Below, in pieces: positions 38,606 through 48,742 of a DNA stretch of 64,000 nt. Positions within the stretch are counted from its first letter, which is position 1; each line of letters opens with the position of its first letter. The notes beneath the pieces were generated by a model. That model searched no databases, was not told the origin of the DNA, and worked only from the letters and a program-made list of their open reading frames with translations. The stretch comes from Nitrospirota bacterium. GTDB lineage: Bacteria; Nitrospirota; Nitrospiria; 2-01-FULL-66-17. Position numbers and translations under genes: made by a program. The DNA lies in NCBI GenBank assembly GCA_049325335.1, contig JBMOMC010000044.1, forward strand, positions 1-64,000, in the 5' to 3' direction.

Positions 38606-38866
38606 CAGGCTGCTCAAAAAGCCCCAGATGCGAAGCCGCAGGGAGGAGGAAACCGGGGCGTACTGGGTCGTACGTGAGGATTTGCCATGGCCGGCGAACC
38701 GAACGGTCGCGTCTTCGACGCGGATCGCATTTCGTGCCCCTGACGGGCCACGGTGCGGTTTCCGACGACCGAGAATCTGCACTGCGCCGGAGGTGTGCAG
38801 AATGGAATGGGTCGGTTCCTTGCAGATGGCGAAGCAACGCAGCAGATGGGCTTTTTCAGCAGCCTG
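38606..38866. mobile_element. 261-bp MITE-like element with 19-bp terminal inverted repeats and CTA flanks
   Basis: CAGGCTGCTCAAAAAGCCC ... GGGCTTTTTCAGCAGCCTG (1 mismatch); CTA immediately on both sides; no transposase. Confidence 0.75.
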
Positions 38867-39073
38867 CTAAGCGTGCTTCTTTTCCTCAAGCCATGCCATC
38901 TGTATGGCTTCGAGTTTCCCTTCGTTGGACTTGGCCGGATCGTCGGCAAAACCCGGCAGCGCGATCACCCACTTGCGCAGGTCGGTGAACCGCACGGTGA
39001 GCGGGTCGAGGCCGGGGAATTTATCGGCCAATGCGATGGCGATGTCTTCCGCGTCATCCCAGGTCAGTTTCAT
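38867..39073 (-). CDS. iscX: Fe-S assembly protein IscX
   Basis: LTWDDAEDIAIAL...VRFTDLRKWV...LEAIQMAWLEE. Confidence 0.92.
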   Translation of the reverse strand: MKLTWDDAEDIAIALADKFPGLDPLTVRFTDLRKWVIALPGFADDPAKSNEGKLEAIQMAWLEEKKHA

Positions 39074-39099
39074 CAGCGTCCCTCAGCGAATAGTCGTGG

Positions 39100-39438
39100 T
39101 TAATCCGGGATGACGACAATCACCGGACCCGAAATCTTGGCTTGGCATCCCAGCCGGGACTTCATAGTCAGGCCGTCCGCGTCGTCGAGCTGGTCCTCCT
39201 CTTCCTCGGAGCGCTCCGACAAATTTTCCATCCCCTGCTGCACGATCACGTGGCAGGTCGAACACGCGCAGTTGCCTCCGCAGTTGTGCTCCAAGTCGAT
39301 CGCGTGGTCGAGTGCGGCGTCGAGAATCGACGTGCCATCTTGGACTTCCACGGTCACGTTCGCGGGCAAAAACGTCACGAGGTGTTTCGTAGTCGCCACA
39401 GGAGTCGCGGCACGGTCGGTGGATTGGGGACTGGTCAT
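39100..39438 (-). CDS. fdx: ISC-type 2Fe-2S ferredoxin
   Basis: [14 protein letters not shown]...SRLGCQA. Confidence 0.92.
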   Translation of the reverse strand: MTSPQSTDRAATPVATTKHLVTFLPANVTVEVQDGTSILDAALDHAIDLEHNCGGNCACSTCHVIVQQGMENLSERSEEEEDQLDDADGLTMKSRLGCQAKISGPVIVVIPD

Positions 39439-41276
39439 ACCTTGGGCAAAATTTCCGAGACCTTGCGGTCGCGCAGCGCTTCTTCCATGGTCGCGTTGAT
39501 CAGCGCCTCGGCCAGGTGCCGTGTGACCTCGTCGAGCGCGATCTTGCTCTTCTTGATCGCGGTGCGGTCGGTCCCCGCCATCGCGGCCTTCAACGCGGCC
39601 ATCGCGGCTTCGATCCGCTCGGCCTCGCCGGCTTCCAGGAGATGGCGCCCTCGCTGGAGCGCCCGCTCGGACGCGTTGTAGATCTCGTTGGCCTCGTTTT
39701 TGGCCTCGATCAACGCTCGTTGCTCCAAATCGCTCTTGGCGTGTTTAAACGAATCCACCAGCATCTGTTCGATCTGTGCCTCGGTCAACCCGTACGAGGG
39801 TTTGACCTCAATGGACTGGAACTTTCCGGTTCGCAACTCAGTGGCGCTGACCTGAAGAATGCCGTTCGCGTCGATCAGAAATGTGACCTCAACCCTCGGC
39901 AACCCGGCCGGCATGGGGTCCACGCCTCGCAGTTCAAAGCGCGACAGGCTCCGATTATCCTTCACCAGTTCCCGCTCGCCTTGCAGGACGTGGATCGCCA
40001 CCGCGGTTTGCCCATCGACCGAGGTGGTGAACGTTTCCTTGGCGCTGGTCGGGATTGTGGTATTGCGCGGAATGAGCACGCTCATGATCCCGCCCATGGT
40101 TTCGATGCCCAGCGAGAGCGGCGTGACGTCCAGCAACAACATGTCGCGGATCCCGCCCGCCAGGATATCGGCCTGCACCGCGGCACCCAATGCCACGACC
40201 TCGTCGGGATTTAATTCAGAATGTGGCACCTTGCCAAAGAGTTCCTGCACCCGTCGGCGCACGAGCGGCACGCGCGTGGACCCGCCGACCAGGACCACCT
40301 CGTCGATCTGTTCTGGCGACACCTTGGCGTCGGCAATTGCGCGTCGGCAAGGCTCCAGCGTAGAAGCGACCAACTCAGCCGTCATGGTCTCGAACTCTTC
40401 GCGGGTGATCTCCCTGGCGAAGGTGACCCCGCCAGGCAACGGGACATCGATCCCCGTGCGGTCGAGCTCGGACAACCGGCACTTCGCGGCTTCGGCCGCC
40501 ACGCGAACCTCTTGCATCAGCTCCGGCGAACCCGCGATCTCAATTCCGTGCCGGCGTTTGATCTCGTCCGTCAGCACTGCGGCCAGGCGTTGGTCGAAGT
40601 CGTCACCGCCCAGATGGGTGTCCCCGTTGGTGGCCAGGACCTCGAAGATCCCGTCCTTGAGTTTCAGGATCGACACGTCGAAGGTCCCGCCGCCTAAGTC
40701 GTAGACCGCGATCACGCCCTGCTTGCGTTGTTGCAGGCCGTACGCCAACGACGCGGCGGTCGGCTCGTTCACGATCCGCAGCACCTCGAGGCCGGCGAGC
40801 CGTCCCGCGTCTTTGGTGGCTTGCCGCTGCGAATCATTGAAATACGCAGGCACCGTGATCACGGCCTGCGTGACGGGTTCGCCCAGAAACGCTTCGGCCT
40901 GGGTTTTGAGCTCGCGCAAAATAAACGCGGAAATTTCCGGTGGGGTCCACGCCCGGCCGCCCGCCATCACCCGCACCACGTCCCGGTGCTCTGGGTCCGA
41001 CGACACGCGGTACGGCAACGACGAGGCCTCTACCTGCACGTCGGCCCAGCCCTTGCCCATGAAGCGTTTGATCGAATAGATCGTCTCTTGCGGGCGCGTG
41101 AGCAGCCGGCGTTTGGCCGACACGCCGACCTCCACGCGTCCGTCGTCGAAAATCGAGACAACCGACGGGACCAGCCGCGCGTCGAACGCGTCTGCAATAA
41201 TTCGGGGGCGGCCGTGGTCCATAAACGCGACCAGACTGTTGGTCGTCCCCAGATCAATACCGACAATCCGTCCCAT
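39435..41276 (-). CDS. hscA: Fe-S chaperone HscA (Hsp70 family)
   Basis: [38 protein letters not shown]; isc operon context. Confidence 0.9.
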   Translation of the reverse strand: MGRIVGIDLGTTNSLVAFMDHGRPRIIADAFDARLVPSVVSIFDDGRVEVGVSAKRRLLTRPQETIYSIKRFMGKGWADVQVEASSLPYRVSSDPEHRDVVRVMAGGRAWTPPEISAFILRELKTQAEAFLGEPVTQAVITVPAYFNDSQRQATKDAGRLAGLEVLRIVNEPTAASLAYGLQQRKQGVIAVYDLGGGTFDVSILKLKDGIFEVLATNGDTHLGGDDFDQRLAAVLTDEIKRRHGIEIAGSPELMQEVRVAAEAAKCRLSELDRTGIDVPLPGGVTFAREITREEFETMTAELVASTLEPCRRAIADAKVSPEQIDEVVLVGGSTRVPLVRRRVQELFGKVPHSELNPDEVVALGAAVQADILAGGIRDMLLLDVTPLSLGIETMGGIMSVLIPRNTTIPTSAKETFTTSVDGQTAVAIHVLQGERELVKDNRSLSRFELRGVDPMPAGLPRVEVTFLIDANGILQVSATELRTGKFQSIEVKPSYGLTEAQIEQMLVDSFKHAKSDLEQRALIEAKNEANEIYNASERALQRGRHLLEAGEAERIEAAMAALKAAMAGTDRTAIKKSKIALDEVTRHLAEALINATMEEALRDRKVSEILPKV

Positions 41277-41869
41277 CACGCCACCTGCGTCCTGACTCCG
41301 TCGATGTCCCGAATCAAATTCACTACGTACACCCGCTGCGATAAGAGGTCTTGGAGACGCTCGAGCGTCGATCGCCCCGCCTCGCCCCCGGCGCTCGCCG
41401 CGTCCCACACGTTCGCGCGCTCAGCCAACTCCGCGTCCAACGCCGTTAACGCCCCTCGCAGCCGCTCCGCCTCGGTCTTCACGCGCCTGGCCAGTGGGCT
41501 CTCCTCGCTCAAACGGCCTTGCGCCCGACACTCCTCCAACAGTTCCTGCACTTCCAGCACGTCCTCCAACAACTCCGGCGGCGCCTTAGGTTTGAGCGCG
41601 CCGCCGCCCTCCAACTCGACCAAGTACTCCACTCGCGCGTGAAAATCCTTGAGCGTACGGTAGGCCTGATTCACGAGCGCGGAACGGGCCAGCAGTCGCT
41701 CGCGTTCTTCGGCCGGTTTGGTTAGGTGAAAGTCGGGATGAACTTCGCGGCTCAACCGGTGATACGTTGCCTCGAGCGCCGGTGCGTCGATCTGCAGACG
41801 TCGCGGCAGTCCGAAGATCGCAAAATAATCCGGTTGTGCGCTCAACGCGTGAGCAGGCGTCTGCTGCAT
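41276..41869 (-). CDS. hscB: Co-chaperone HscB
   Basis: [12 protein letters not shown]-domain motif, [10 protein letters not shown]. Confidence 0.9.
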   Translation of the reverse strand: MQQTPAHALSAQPDYFAIFGLPRRLQIDAPALEATYHRLSREVHPDFHLTKPAEERERLLARSALVNQAYRTLKDFHARVEYLVELEGGGALKPKAPPELLEDVLEVQELLEECRAQGRLSEESPLARRVKTEAERLRGALTALDAELAERANVWDAASAGGEAGRSTLERLQDLLSQRVYVVNLIRDIDGVRTQVA

Positions 41870-41913
41870 CGTGCGTACCCGCCCGTTCGATCAGACGCAG
41901 CGCAGAGCACGGC

Positions 41914-42285
41914 TCACGCCGAAAACGACTCCCCGCAACCACACGTGCCGGTTGCGTTGGGGTTGACGAACTTAAATCCGCCGCCCATGAGCGCGTTGAC
42001 GTAATCCAACGTGGTCCCTTTCAGGAACAACGCGCTCTTGGCATCCACCACGAACTTCGCGTCACCGGCGTCGATGACTTCATCGAACTCAGAGACTTTT
42101 GAATCGAACTTCATCTGATATGTGAACCCCGAACACCCCCCGCCCTGCACCGCAATACGCACCACCATGTCTGGCGTACCTTGCAGCCCCAAGAGGCGCT
42201 TGGCTTCCTTCGCCGCCTCCGGCGTAATCTTGAGGGTCGCCGGTTCGGCCTTGGTTTCTTCCACCATGTTCAATGAGATTTCCAT
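41914..42285 (-). CDS. iscA: Fe-S carrier IscA
   Basis: GGGCSGFTY, NPNATGTCGCGESF. Confidence 0.93.
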   Translation of the reverse strand: MEISLNMVEETKAEPATLKITPEAAKEAKRLLGLQGTPDMVVRIAVQGGGCSGFTYQMKFDSKVSEFDEVIDAGDAKFVVDAKSALFLKGTTLDYVNALMGGGFKFVNPNATGTCGCGESFSA

Positions 42286-42334
42286 TGTCTCCTCCCTCAT
42301 GCTCCCAGTGGGATACGTCGATTCGCCACGCTGA

Positions 42335-42742
42335 TTATGACGCCGTGGTCGAAGGCGTAACCGACTCTTGTTTCTTTTTCACGTCCGCCAACGCCGCCTT
42401 GATCGCGTCTTCAGCCAACACCGAGCAGTGAATCTTCACCGGCGGCAACGCCAGCTCCTGCACGATGTCCGTGTTCTTGATCTGAGCGGCCTCGTCGATG
42501 GTCTTGCCCTTCAACCACTCGGTCGCCAGGCTCGAGCTGGCAATGGCGCTGCCGCAGCCGAAGGTCTTGAACTTGGCGTCTTCGATCACGCCCTGTTCAT
42601 TGACCCTGATCTGCAATTTCATGACGTCGCCGCACTCCGGCGCGCCCACGACCCCGGTCCCCACGCTGGGATCGGCTTTGTCCAGACTCCCCACGTTCCG
42701 GGGGTTGTTGTAATGATCGACGACCTTATCGCTGTATGCCAT
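42335..42742 (-). CDS. iscU: Fe-S scaffold IscU
   Basis: MAYSDKVVDHYNNPRNVG, APECGDVM, LPPVKIHCS. Confidence 0.96.
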   Translation of the reverse strand: MAYSDKVVDHYNNPRNVGSLDKADPSVGTGVVGAPECGDVMKLQIRVNEQGVIEDAKFKTFGCGSAIASSSLATEWLKGKTIDEAAQIKNTDIVQELALPPVKIHCSVLAEDAIKAALADVKKKQESVTPSTTAS

Positions 42743-42771
42743 GACGTGTCCCCCTTACTCGATCCGCGTAT

Positions 42772-43992
42772 TTAATGAGCCGACCAGTTCACCGCTTTCA
42801 GATCAATCCCTTCTTTCGCCATCTCATAGAGCGGCGACATCTCCCGCAGCTTCGTCACCGCCTGTACCACCCGGTCGATGACGAAGTCGATTTCCTCCTG
42901 GGTGTTGAACCGGCCGAGCCCGAACCGGATCGACGAGTGCGCCAGATCCGATCCCACCCCGAGCGACCGCAACACGTAGGACGGCTCCAGCGTCGCGGAC
43001 GTGCAGGCGGAACCGGACGACAACGCAATGTCCTTCAGGCCCATCAACATGGCCTCGCCCTCGACGTACGCGAAACTGATATTGAGGTTATGCGGCAATC
43101 GCTTGACCTGGTGACCGTTCACATATACCTCATCCAAACCTTTAAAGATTCCGTCGCGCAACCGATCGCGCAACGCCGCCAAACGCACCGACTCGGTGGG
43201 CATCACCTCGCCCGCAATCCGGCACGCTTCACCGAACCCAACGATCAGCGGCACCGGCAGGGTGCCGGACCGCATGCCGCGCTCGTGCCCGCCGCCGTCC
43301 ATCTGCGCGGCTAACCGCACCCGCGGGTTGCGGCGACGCACGTACAACGCGCCCACGCCCTTGGGACCGTAAATCTTGTGCGAGGAGAACGACATGAGGT
43401 CGATCCCCATCGCCTGCACGTCCACCGGAATCTTGCCCACGCCCTGGGTCGCGTCGCAGTGAAAGATCACGCCACGTTCCTTGGCGATCTTGCCGATCTC
43501 AGCCACCGGGTTGATCGTGCCGATTTCGTTGTTCGCCATCATCACGGAGATCAGAATCGTGCGATCTGTGATCGCGTTTCTCACATCGTCGGGATTGACG
43601 ACTCCATCGGCCGGAACCGGAAGATACGTGACCGTCAGCCCGTCCTTCTCCAACCGTTTGGCGGTATCGAGAATCGCGCGATGCTCGGTGGCCACGGTGA
43701 TGACGTGATCTCCCTTTTCGCGATACATCGCGGCCACGCCTTTGAGCGCCAGATTGTTCGACTCGGTCGCCCCGCTGGTCAATACGATTTCCTTCGGGTC
43801 CGCGTGAATCAATGCCGCGATTTGCGCGCGCCCAGCCTCCACCGCGGACTCGGCTTCCCAACCGAACGCGTGGTTACGGCTGGCCGCGTTCCCGAACTTC
43901 TCGGTGAAGTACGGCAACATGGCTTGGAGCACGCGCGGATCACACGGCGTGGTGGAGTGGTTATCGAGGTAAATGGGCAATTTCAAGGCCAT
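42772..43992 (-). CDS. iscS: Cysteine desulfurase IscS
   Basis: [37 protein letters not shown]. Confidence 0.96.
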   Translation of the reverse strand: MALKLPIYLDNHSTTPCDPRVLQAMLPYFTEKFGNAASRNHAFGWEAESAVEAGRAQIAALIHADPKEIVLTSGATESNNLALKGVAAMYREKGDHVITVATEHRAILDTAKRLEKDGLTVTYLPVPADGVVNPDDVRNAITDRTILISVMMANNEIGTINPVAEIGKIAKERGVIFHCDATQGVGKIPVDVQAMGIDLMSFSSHKIYGPKGVGALYVRRRNPRVRLAAQMDGGGHERGMRSGTLPVPLIVGFGEACRIAGEVMPTESVRLAALRDRLRDGIFKGLDEVYVNGHQVKRLPHNLNISFAYVEGEAMLMGLKDIALSSGSACTSATLEPSYVLRSLGVGSDLAHSSIRFGLGRFNTQEEIDFVIDRVVQAVTKLREMSPLYEMAKEGIDLKAVNWSAH

Positions 43993-44425
43993 ACGAATGC
44001 TCCTCCTGCCGGCTGATCTGCGACATCTCGGCCAGCGTCATCCCTTGAAGTAGTTTGCGAATCCCGTCCTGAATCTTATAGAGCGGCGATCGAAGGCTGC
44101 ACCACGACCACTGATCGCAGGCCCCGTCACCCTTGCCGACCAATGAACAGGTCGTCAGCATGATCGGTCCTTCGATCGCCTCAATAATCTCGGATACCGT
44201 GATGTCCGTCGCTGGTCTGGCCAGTGCATATCCTCCCTTGGGACCGTTGTGCGACACGATCAACCCTCGTTTGGCCAGACGTTGGAGGACTTTGGCAAGC
44301 AGTTCAACCGGAATGTGGTACTCGTCCGCGATCCGTTTTGTGTTGACGGACAAACTGTCGTGGCTCAAGGCGATATAGTTCATCGCCAATAAGCCATAAT
44401 CGATCTTTTTCGAGAGCTTTAACAC
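43961..44425 (-). CDS. iscR: Rrf2-family regulator (IscR-like)
   Basis: [19 protein letters not shown], three Cys (C-x9-C-x5-C); heads the isc operon. Confidence 0.8.
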   Translation of the reverse strand: MLKLSKKIDYGLLAMNYIALSHDSLSVNTKRIADEYHIPVELLAKVLQRLAKRGLIVSHNGPKGGYALARPATDITVSEIIEAIEGPIMLTTCSLVGKGDGACDQWSWCSLRSPLYKIQDGIRKLLQGMTLAEMSQISRQEEHSYGLEIAHLPR

Positions 44426-44479
44426 AGCGAGCCCCCTATCCTATATACGACTGCTTTCATCCCCGACCGTTTAAATCTG

Positions 44480-44530
44480 CGACTAATTGAGTCGGATACA
44501 AATATAACGAGTACCGCTCCTCGAAGTCAA
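44480..44530 (-). promoter_or_regulatory. isc promoter with Rrf2/IscR-type operator
   Basis: TTGACT-18 nt-TATATT (minus), immediately followed by inverted repeat CGACT-aattg-AGTCG at 44480-44494. Confidence 0.65.
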
Positions 44531-44580
44531 GAACAATTTGTCCCTAGTGAAGATTCGGTTGAACAGGGCTAGCCAGGAGG

Positions 44581-45105
44581 CTAGCCCTGACTTGACGTCA
44601 TGCGTTCCGACAACGATTTCGATTTTTTCTCAACGTCTTGCGCCATCTTCGCCCGGTACTCCACGAGCCGTTTGGCCAGGCTTTGATCTTGGAGCGCCAG
44701 GATACGCGCGGCAAGAATCCCCGCGTTTTTCGCCCCGGCCTTCCCGATCGCGACCGTGGCCACCGGGATGCCTCCAGGCATCTGAACCGTGGACAACAAT
44801 GCATCAAGGCCCTGGAGCGAGGAGGCTTCCAACGGCACCCCGATCACCGGCAGCAGGGTTTCGGACGCCGTGACCCCGGCCAAGTGCGCGGCCCCGCCCG
44901 CGCCCGCGATAATGACCCGCACGCCCTGAGCCTCCACCCCGCGGATCCACGCGCGCAGCAGATCGGGCGCCCGATGCGCAGAGGCGATCGTCATGGTGTA
45001 CGGAATTCCCAGCTCCTTGAGCACCTTCCCGGCTTCCTCCATAATCGGCAGATCCGAGTCACTGCCCATCACAATACCCACCAATGGTCGTGTCGTTGCG
45101 GTCAT
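44581..45105 (-). CDS. purE: N5-CAIR mutase PurE
   Basis: IVMGSDSDLP, SAHRAP, AGAGGAAHLAG, VQMPGGIPVATV. Confidence 0.96.
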   Translation of the reverse strand: MTATTRPLVGIVMGSDSDLPIMEEAGKVLKELGIPYTMTIASAHRAPDLLRAWIRGVEAQGVRVIIAGAGGAAHLAGVTASETLLPVIGVPLEASSLQGLDALLSTVQMPGGIPVATVAIGKAGAKNAGILAARILALQDQSLAKRLVEYRAKMAQDVEKKSKSLSERMTSSQG

Positions 45106-45369
45106 ATCGCCTCCCAGCGTACTCAAAAATGGAGGGCTACCCTATCACCATACTGACCTAGGGTCAAGCGGATATCCGCACCCTCATAACCCCATTTATA
45201 CGACTAACCCAACCCCTACTTAACCGTTTCTTAATCCATCGAATGTTAGATTGACGACCATGTTCAGCAGGGGAAGCACCCATGCCTGGCCCATTTGTCG
45301 TCAGTGACGTCACGAAGTCGGACGATCAGATCGCCCACCCGTCCAGGCCAATTCTCACTGCCCATCGGA

Positions 45370-45398
45370 TTGAGCAAGCCCCTTCCCTATGGTAACGT
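45370..45398 (+). promoter_or_regulatory. Putative extended -10 promoter for pgsB (leaderless geometry)
   Basis: TTGAGC-17 nt-TAACGT with TG extension; GTG start 7 nt downstream. Confidence 0.5.
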
Positions 45399-45405
45399 AG
45401 CTGCC

Positions 45406-46605
45406 GTGGGTACAGTCCTGTTTTTACTCGTTGGTCTCACCGCATACGGAGTCTGGGAGTTTCGGACGCACCAACGCCGACTGAAACGCATTCCCATTCG
45501 CATCCACGTCAACGGCACTCGCGGCAAGTCAAGCGTCACGCGGTTGATCGCCGCGGGCCTGCGCACCGGTCCGCGGCAGACTATTGCCAAGACCACCGGA
45601 ACGACGCCCCGCCTCATTTTGGAGGACGGCAGCGAGCTGCCCATTCACCGCGCGGGCTCCGCCAACATCATCGAGCAATTGATGATCGTCAACGTGGCCG
45701 AATCCCGCGGCGCGGACATTCTCGTGATTGAATGCATGGCCGTGCAGCCGCATCTCCAGTGGATCGCGGAGGAGCGGATGATCCAATCCACCCTCGGCGT
45801 GATCACCAACGCGCGGGCCGACCACTTGGACCAGATGGGGCCGACCGTGTTCAATGTCGCGGAAGCGCTCGCAAACACCATCCCCAAACGCTCGACCGTC
45901 TATACCGCCGAACGAACACTGCTCCCCGTGATCGAGCAACGCGCCGCGGCCAAGGGCTCGACCGTGGTCGCGGTGGATGAGCGCTGGGTCAGCGACGACG
46001 AGATCGCCGGGTTCGCCTACGTGGAACATAAAGACAACGTCGCGCTGGCATTGGCCGTGTGCGCCCACTTCGGCATCGAGCGAGCCGCCGCACTCGATGC
46101 CATGCAGCGCGCCGCGCCGGACCAGGGCGTGCTCCAGGGATACCGAGTCCATTTCTTCGCGAAGGACGTGCTCTTTTACAACGCGTTCGCGGCCAACGAC
46201 CGCGACTCGACCCTGATGATCGCGAAACGACTGGGCTTGAAGAACCGACCAGATCACCCGGTGTTCTGGATCGTGAACAACCGCGGAGATCGCCTCCAAC
46301 GCGCGGAACAGTTCGGGGAGATGATCGCCACGGACGTTGACGCGGAACACGTATTCCTGGTCGGAGACTTCACCAAAGCCACCCACGACATCGCGCTGCG
46401 CCTGGGGTATCCCGCCCACCGGCTCAGCGACCTCGGGCAGGTGGGCGTGGACGTCTTGTTCGAGGCGATCATGGGACGCGTCGACCGATCCGCCACCATC
46501 TTGGGAGTCGGCAACATCGGCGGGCTCGGCAAGGAGATCGTCACGTTCTTTAAGAATCGGAGTGATGAATGGTCGAACAAGCCATCGGCCTCGGCCTCGT
46601 TCTGA
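45406..46605 (+). CDS. pgsB: Poly-gamma-glutamate synthase PgsB/CapB
   Basis: IHVNGTRGKSSVTRLIAAGL, AKTTGT, ANIIEQ, ECMAVQP, TNARADHLDQMGP, NAFAAND. Confidence 0.92.
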   Translation: MGTVLFLLVGLTAYGVWEFRTHQRRLKRIPIRIHVNGTRGKSSVTRLIAAGLRTGPRQTIAKTTGTTPRLILEDGSELPIHRAGSANIIEQLMIVNVAESRGADILVIECMAVQPHLQWIAEERMIQSTLGVITNARADHLDQMGPTVFNVAEALANTIPKRSTVYTAERTLLPVIEQRAAAKGSTVVAVDERWVSDDEIAGFAYVEHKDNVALALAVCAHFGIERAAALDAMQRAAPDQGVLQGYRVHFFAKDVLFYNAFAANDRDSTLMIAKRLGLKNRPDHPVFWIVNNRGDRLQRAEQFGEMIATDVDAEHVFLVGDFTKATHDIALRLGYPAHRLSDLGQVGVDVLFEAIMGRVDRSATILGVGNIGGLGKEIVTFFKNRSDEWSNKPSASASF

Positions 46606-47033
46606 GCCTGATATTTTCGGAGTCGCTCGGTCTGGCCGCGGGCGGCATGGTGGTTCCCGGCTACATCGCGCTGTATATTCACCAGCCGTTTCTCGTGCTT
46701 GGGACCATCGTCGCGAGCCTGCTCACGCTCGGAACCGTGAAGGTCCTGACCAACTATATTTTGATCTACGGTCGCCGCCGGATCGTGTTCTCGATCATCC
46801 TCGGGTTCCTGTTCGGCTGGCTCGCCAAAAATGTGTTCATTGTCTCGTTCCCGGACTACACCGTGGAACTCAAGTCCATCGGCTACATCATTCCGGGCCT
46901 GATCGCGAATTGGATGGAGCGGCAAGGCGCGACCAAGACCCTCTGCATCATGGTCACCACTGCGGTGATCGTTCGGTTGATCCTGATGCTCATCTCCGGG
47001 GAGGTCATTCCAGTTGAAATGGCGATCCGATAA
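46569..47033 (+). CDS. pgsC: Poly-gamma-glutamate biosynthesis membrane protein PgsC/CapC
   Basis: GLAAGGMVVPGYIAL, YGRRR, IGYIIPGLIANW. Confidence 0.92.
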   Translation: MVEQAIGLGLVLSLIFSESLGLAAGGMVVPGYIALYIHQPFLVLGTIVASLLTLGTVKVLTNYILIYGRRRIVFSIILGFLFGWLAKNVFIVSFPDYTVELKSIGYIIPGLIANWMERQGATKTLCIMVTTAVIVRLILMLISGEVIPVEMAIR

Positions 47034-48171
47034 GGCCTCGCTGCAGACTCTGCTCTTCATCACGGCCGTCGCCGTGTTGTCGCTCGTTTTAGCGGAACAG
47101 ACCGTCACACCGGTGCGTGAGCCGCATTACACGAAAAAAATGCAAGCCGCAAAACAAACGCTCCTGGCTCAACACACGCTGCGCACGCTCCGTGAAAGCC
47201 AAAACATCGTGGTCGACCCGGTCAATGATCCCAATGGCACCGGCATGATCGGCAGCGAGTTCACGCTGATCACCACCGACCGCGGGGACATCACGTCCAA
47301 GCTGACCGGCACGAACCCCAACTTCGCCGCGGCGATCGTGCAAATGCTCACCGACGCCAAACTCAAGAAGGACGACGTGGTGGCGGTCGCAATGACCGGA
47401 TCGTTCCCCGCGCTCAATATCGCCACCCTCGCCGCCCTCGAAGCCCTCGACCTCACCCCCATCGTGATTACGTCGGTGGGCTCCTCGTCGTGGGGTGCCA
47501 CGGACCCCGCGTTCACTTGGCTGGATATGGAACGCGCGTTGAACGAGGCCGGGGTGTTCCACACGCGCTCAGTCGCCGCGTCGATCGGCGGGGGGAAAGA
47601 CTCGGGACGCGGACTCTCCCCAGAAGGACGACAGGCCATCGAGGCCGCGGTTGCCCGCAACAAGGTCGCTTTTATCAATGAAGCAACTGTTGAAGCGTCC
47701 ATCGAGGCCCGGTTGGCGACCTACGACCGGCACGCGGGCGGCAAACGGATCAAGGCGTTCGTCAATGTCGGGGGCGGCATCGCCAGCCTCGGCAACTCGA
47801 TCAACGGCACGCTGATCCCGGCCGGACTCTCCACCAGCCTCCGCGACAAGAACTTCCCAATGAAGGGCGCGCTGATCCGTATGGCCGACCGCGGTATCCC
47901 GGTGATCCACATTTTGGACGTGCAGCGTCTGGCCAAACGGTACGGCTTGCCGATCGACCCGGTCCCGCTGCCGGAACTCGGACAAGGACCGATCTACTTC
48001 AAAGAACGATACGATCGCTTCAAACTCGGCTTGATCATCATCGTACTCCTTGCATTGACCGCCGCGGTTGTCCGCCTCGATATGCGGCACTACGTGCAAC
48101 AGTTCCGGAGCGGACAATACGGCGCGGGCGGATCGACCGTGCCCCCGGCACCCCCTCCAACATCGCGATGA
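47014..48171 (+). CDS. pgsW: Poly-gamma-glutamate system protein PgsW
   Basis: DPNGTGMIGSEFTLITT, TNPNFAA, TGSFPALN, SVGSSSWGA, ASIGGG; follows pgsBC. Confidence 0.82.
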   Translation: MKWRSDKASLQTLLFITAVAVLSLVLAEQTVTPVREPHYTKKMQAAKQTLLAQHTLRTLRESQNIVVDPVNDPNGTGMIGSEFTLITTDRGDITSKLTGTNPNFAAAIVQMLTDAKLKKDDVVAVAMTGSFPALNIATLAALEALDLTPIVITSVGSSSWGATDPAFTWLDMERALNEAGVFHTRSVAASIGGGKDSGRGLSPEGRQAIEAAVARNKVAFINEATVEASIEARLATYDRHAGGKRIKAFVNVGGGIASLGNSINGTLIPAGLSTSLRDKNFPMKGALIRMADRGIPVIHILDVQRLAKRYGLPIDPVPLPELGQGPIYFKERYDRFKLGLIIIVLLALTAAVVRLDMRHYVQQFRSGQYGAGGSTVPPAPPPTSR

Positions 48172-48190
48172 CCCAGAAAGGACTACACAC

Positions 48191-48727
48191 ATGATGATCA
48201 CGGTCCGCACGTTCGTCCTCAGCGCGGTCGCAGCCGCCTGCTCCTCGACGCTCCTGCTCACGAGCCCGGCCGGCGCCGCGCCCCGCGTCAAGCCCCGCGT
48301 GGTGTCGTTTACTCCCGACAGCTACGTACGCGTGGAGACCGTGGTCACCAAATCCAAGGAGCGCAAGTATTACGTGATGAGTCCCGACAAACCAATCGAG
48401 TTTTCCCTCAGCGGCCCCACAACCGTGAACATCTCAACCCGTCTCCTCTTCTCCGTGGACATGAAGGGCGAGCAGCGGTACACGATCAGCGTAACCCAAG
48501 ACACGTTGCTGGGCCATGCGCAAGAGGTCGCCGCTATGACCTTCACCGCCAGCAAGTCGCCGGTTTCCATTTTGGGAACTGGAAGTCGGCTCGTTCCGGG
48601 TGAGGGGAAACGGCTCAAACTCACGGTGCCGTCCGGGCGCCACGCTTACCGAATTCACCTGTCCGGGACCTCGGCCCAAGAAGCCGCGGTCCGGATCATG
48701 GTTCCCAGAAAAGCGATTCGTCCCTAA
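48191..48727 (+). CDS. Secreted hypothetical protein (beta-rich)
   Basis: AGGA RBS, signal peptide, alternating beta-strand pattern; within the pgs operon. Confidence 0.7.
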   Translation: MMITVRTFVLSAVAAACSSTLLLTSPAGAAPRVKPRVVSFTPDSYVRVETVVTKSKERKYYVMSPDKPIEFSLSGPTTVNISTRLLFSVDMKGEQRYTISVTQDTLLGHAQEVAAMTFTASKSPVSILGTGSRLVPGEGKRLKLTVPSGRHAYRIHLSGTSAQEAAVRIMVPRKAIRP

Positions 48728-48742
48728 TCCGACAAGGAGCAC

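Noticed and set aside
38580..38988. Short ORFs within the MITE (e.g. SRLLKKPI-containing frames)
   Set aside because: Translations of the repeat's inverted ends, with no transposase motifs
39435..41276. dnaK call for the Hsp70 gene
   Set aside because: Lies between hscB and fdx in an isc operon and has the KPSYGL motif, so HscA is more likely
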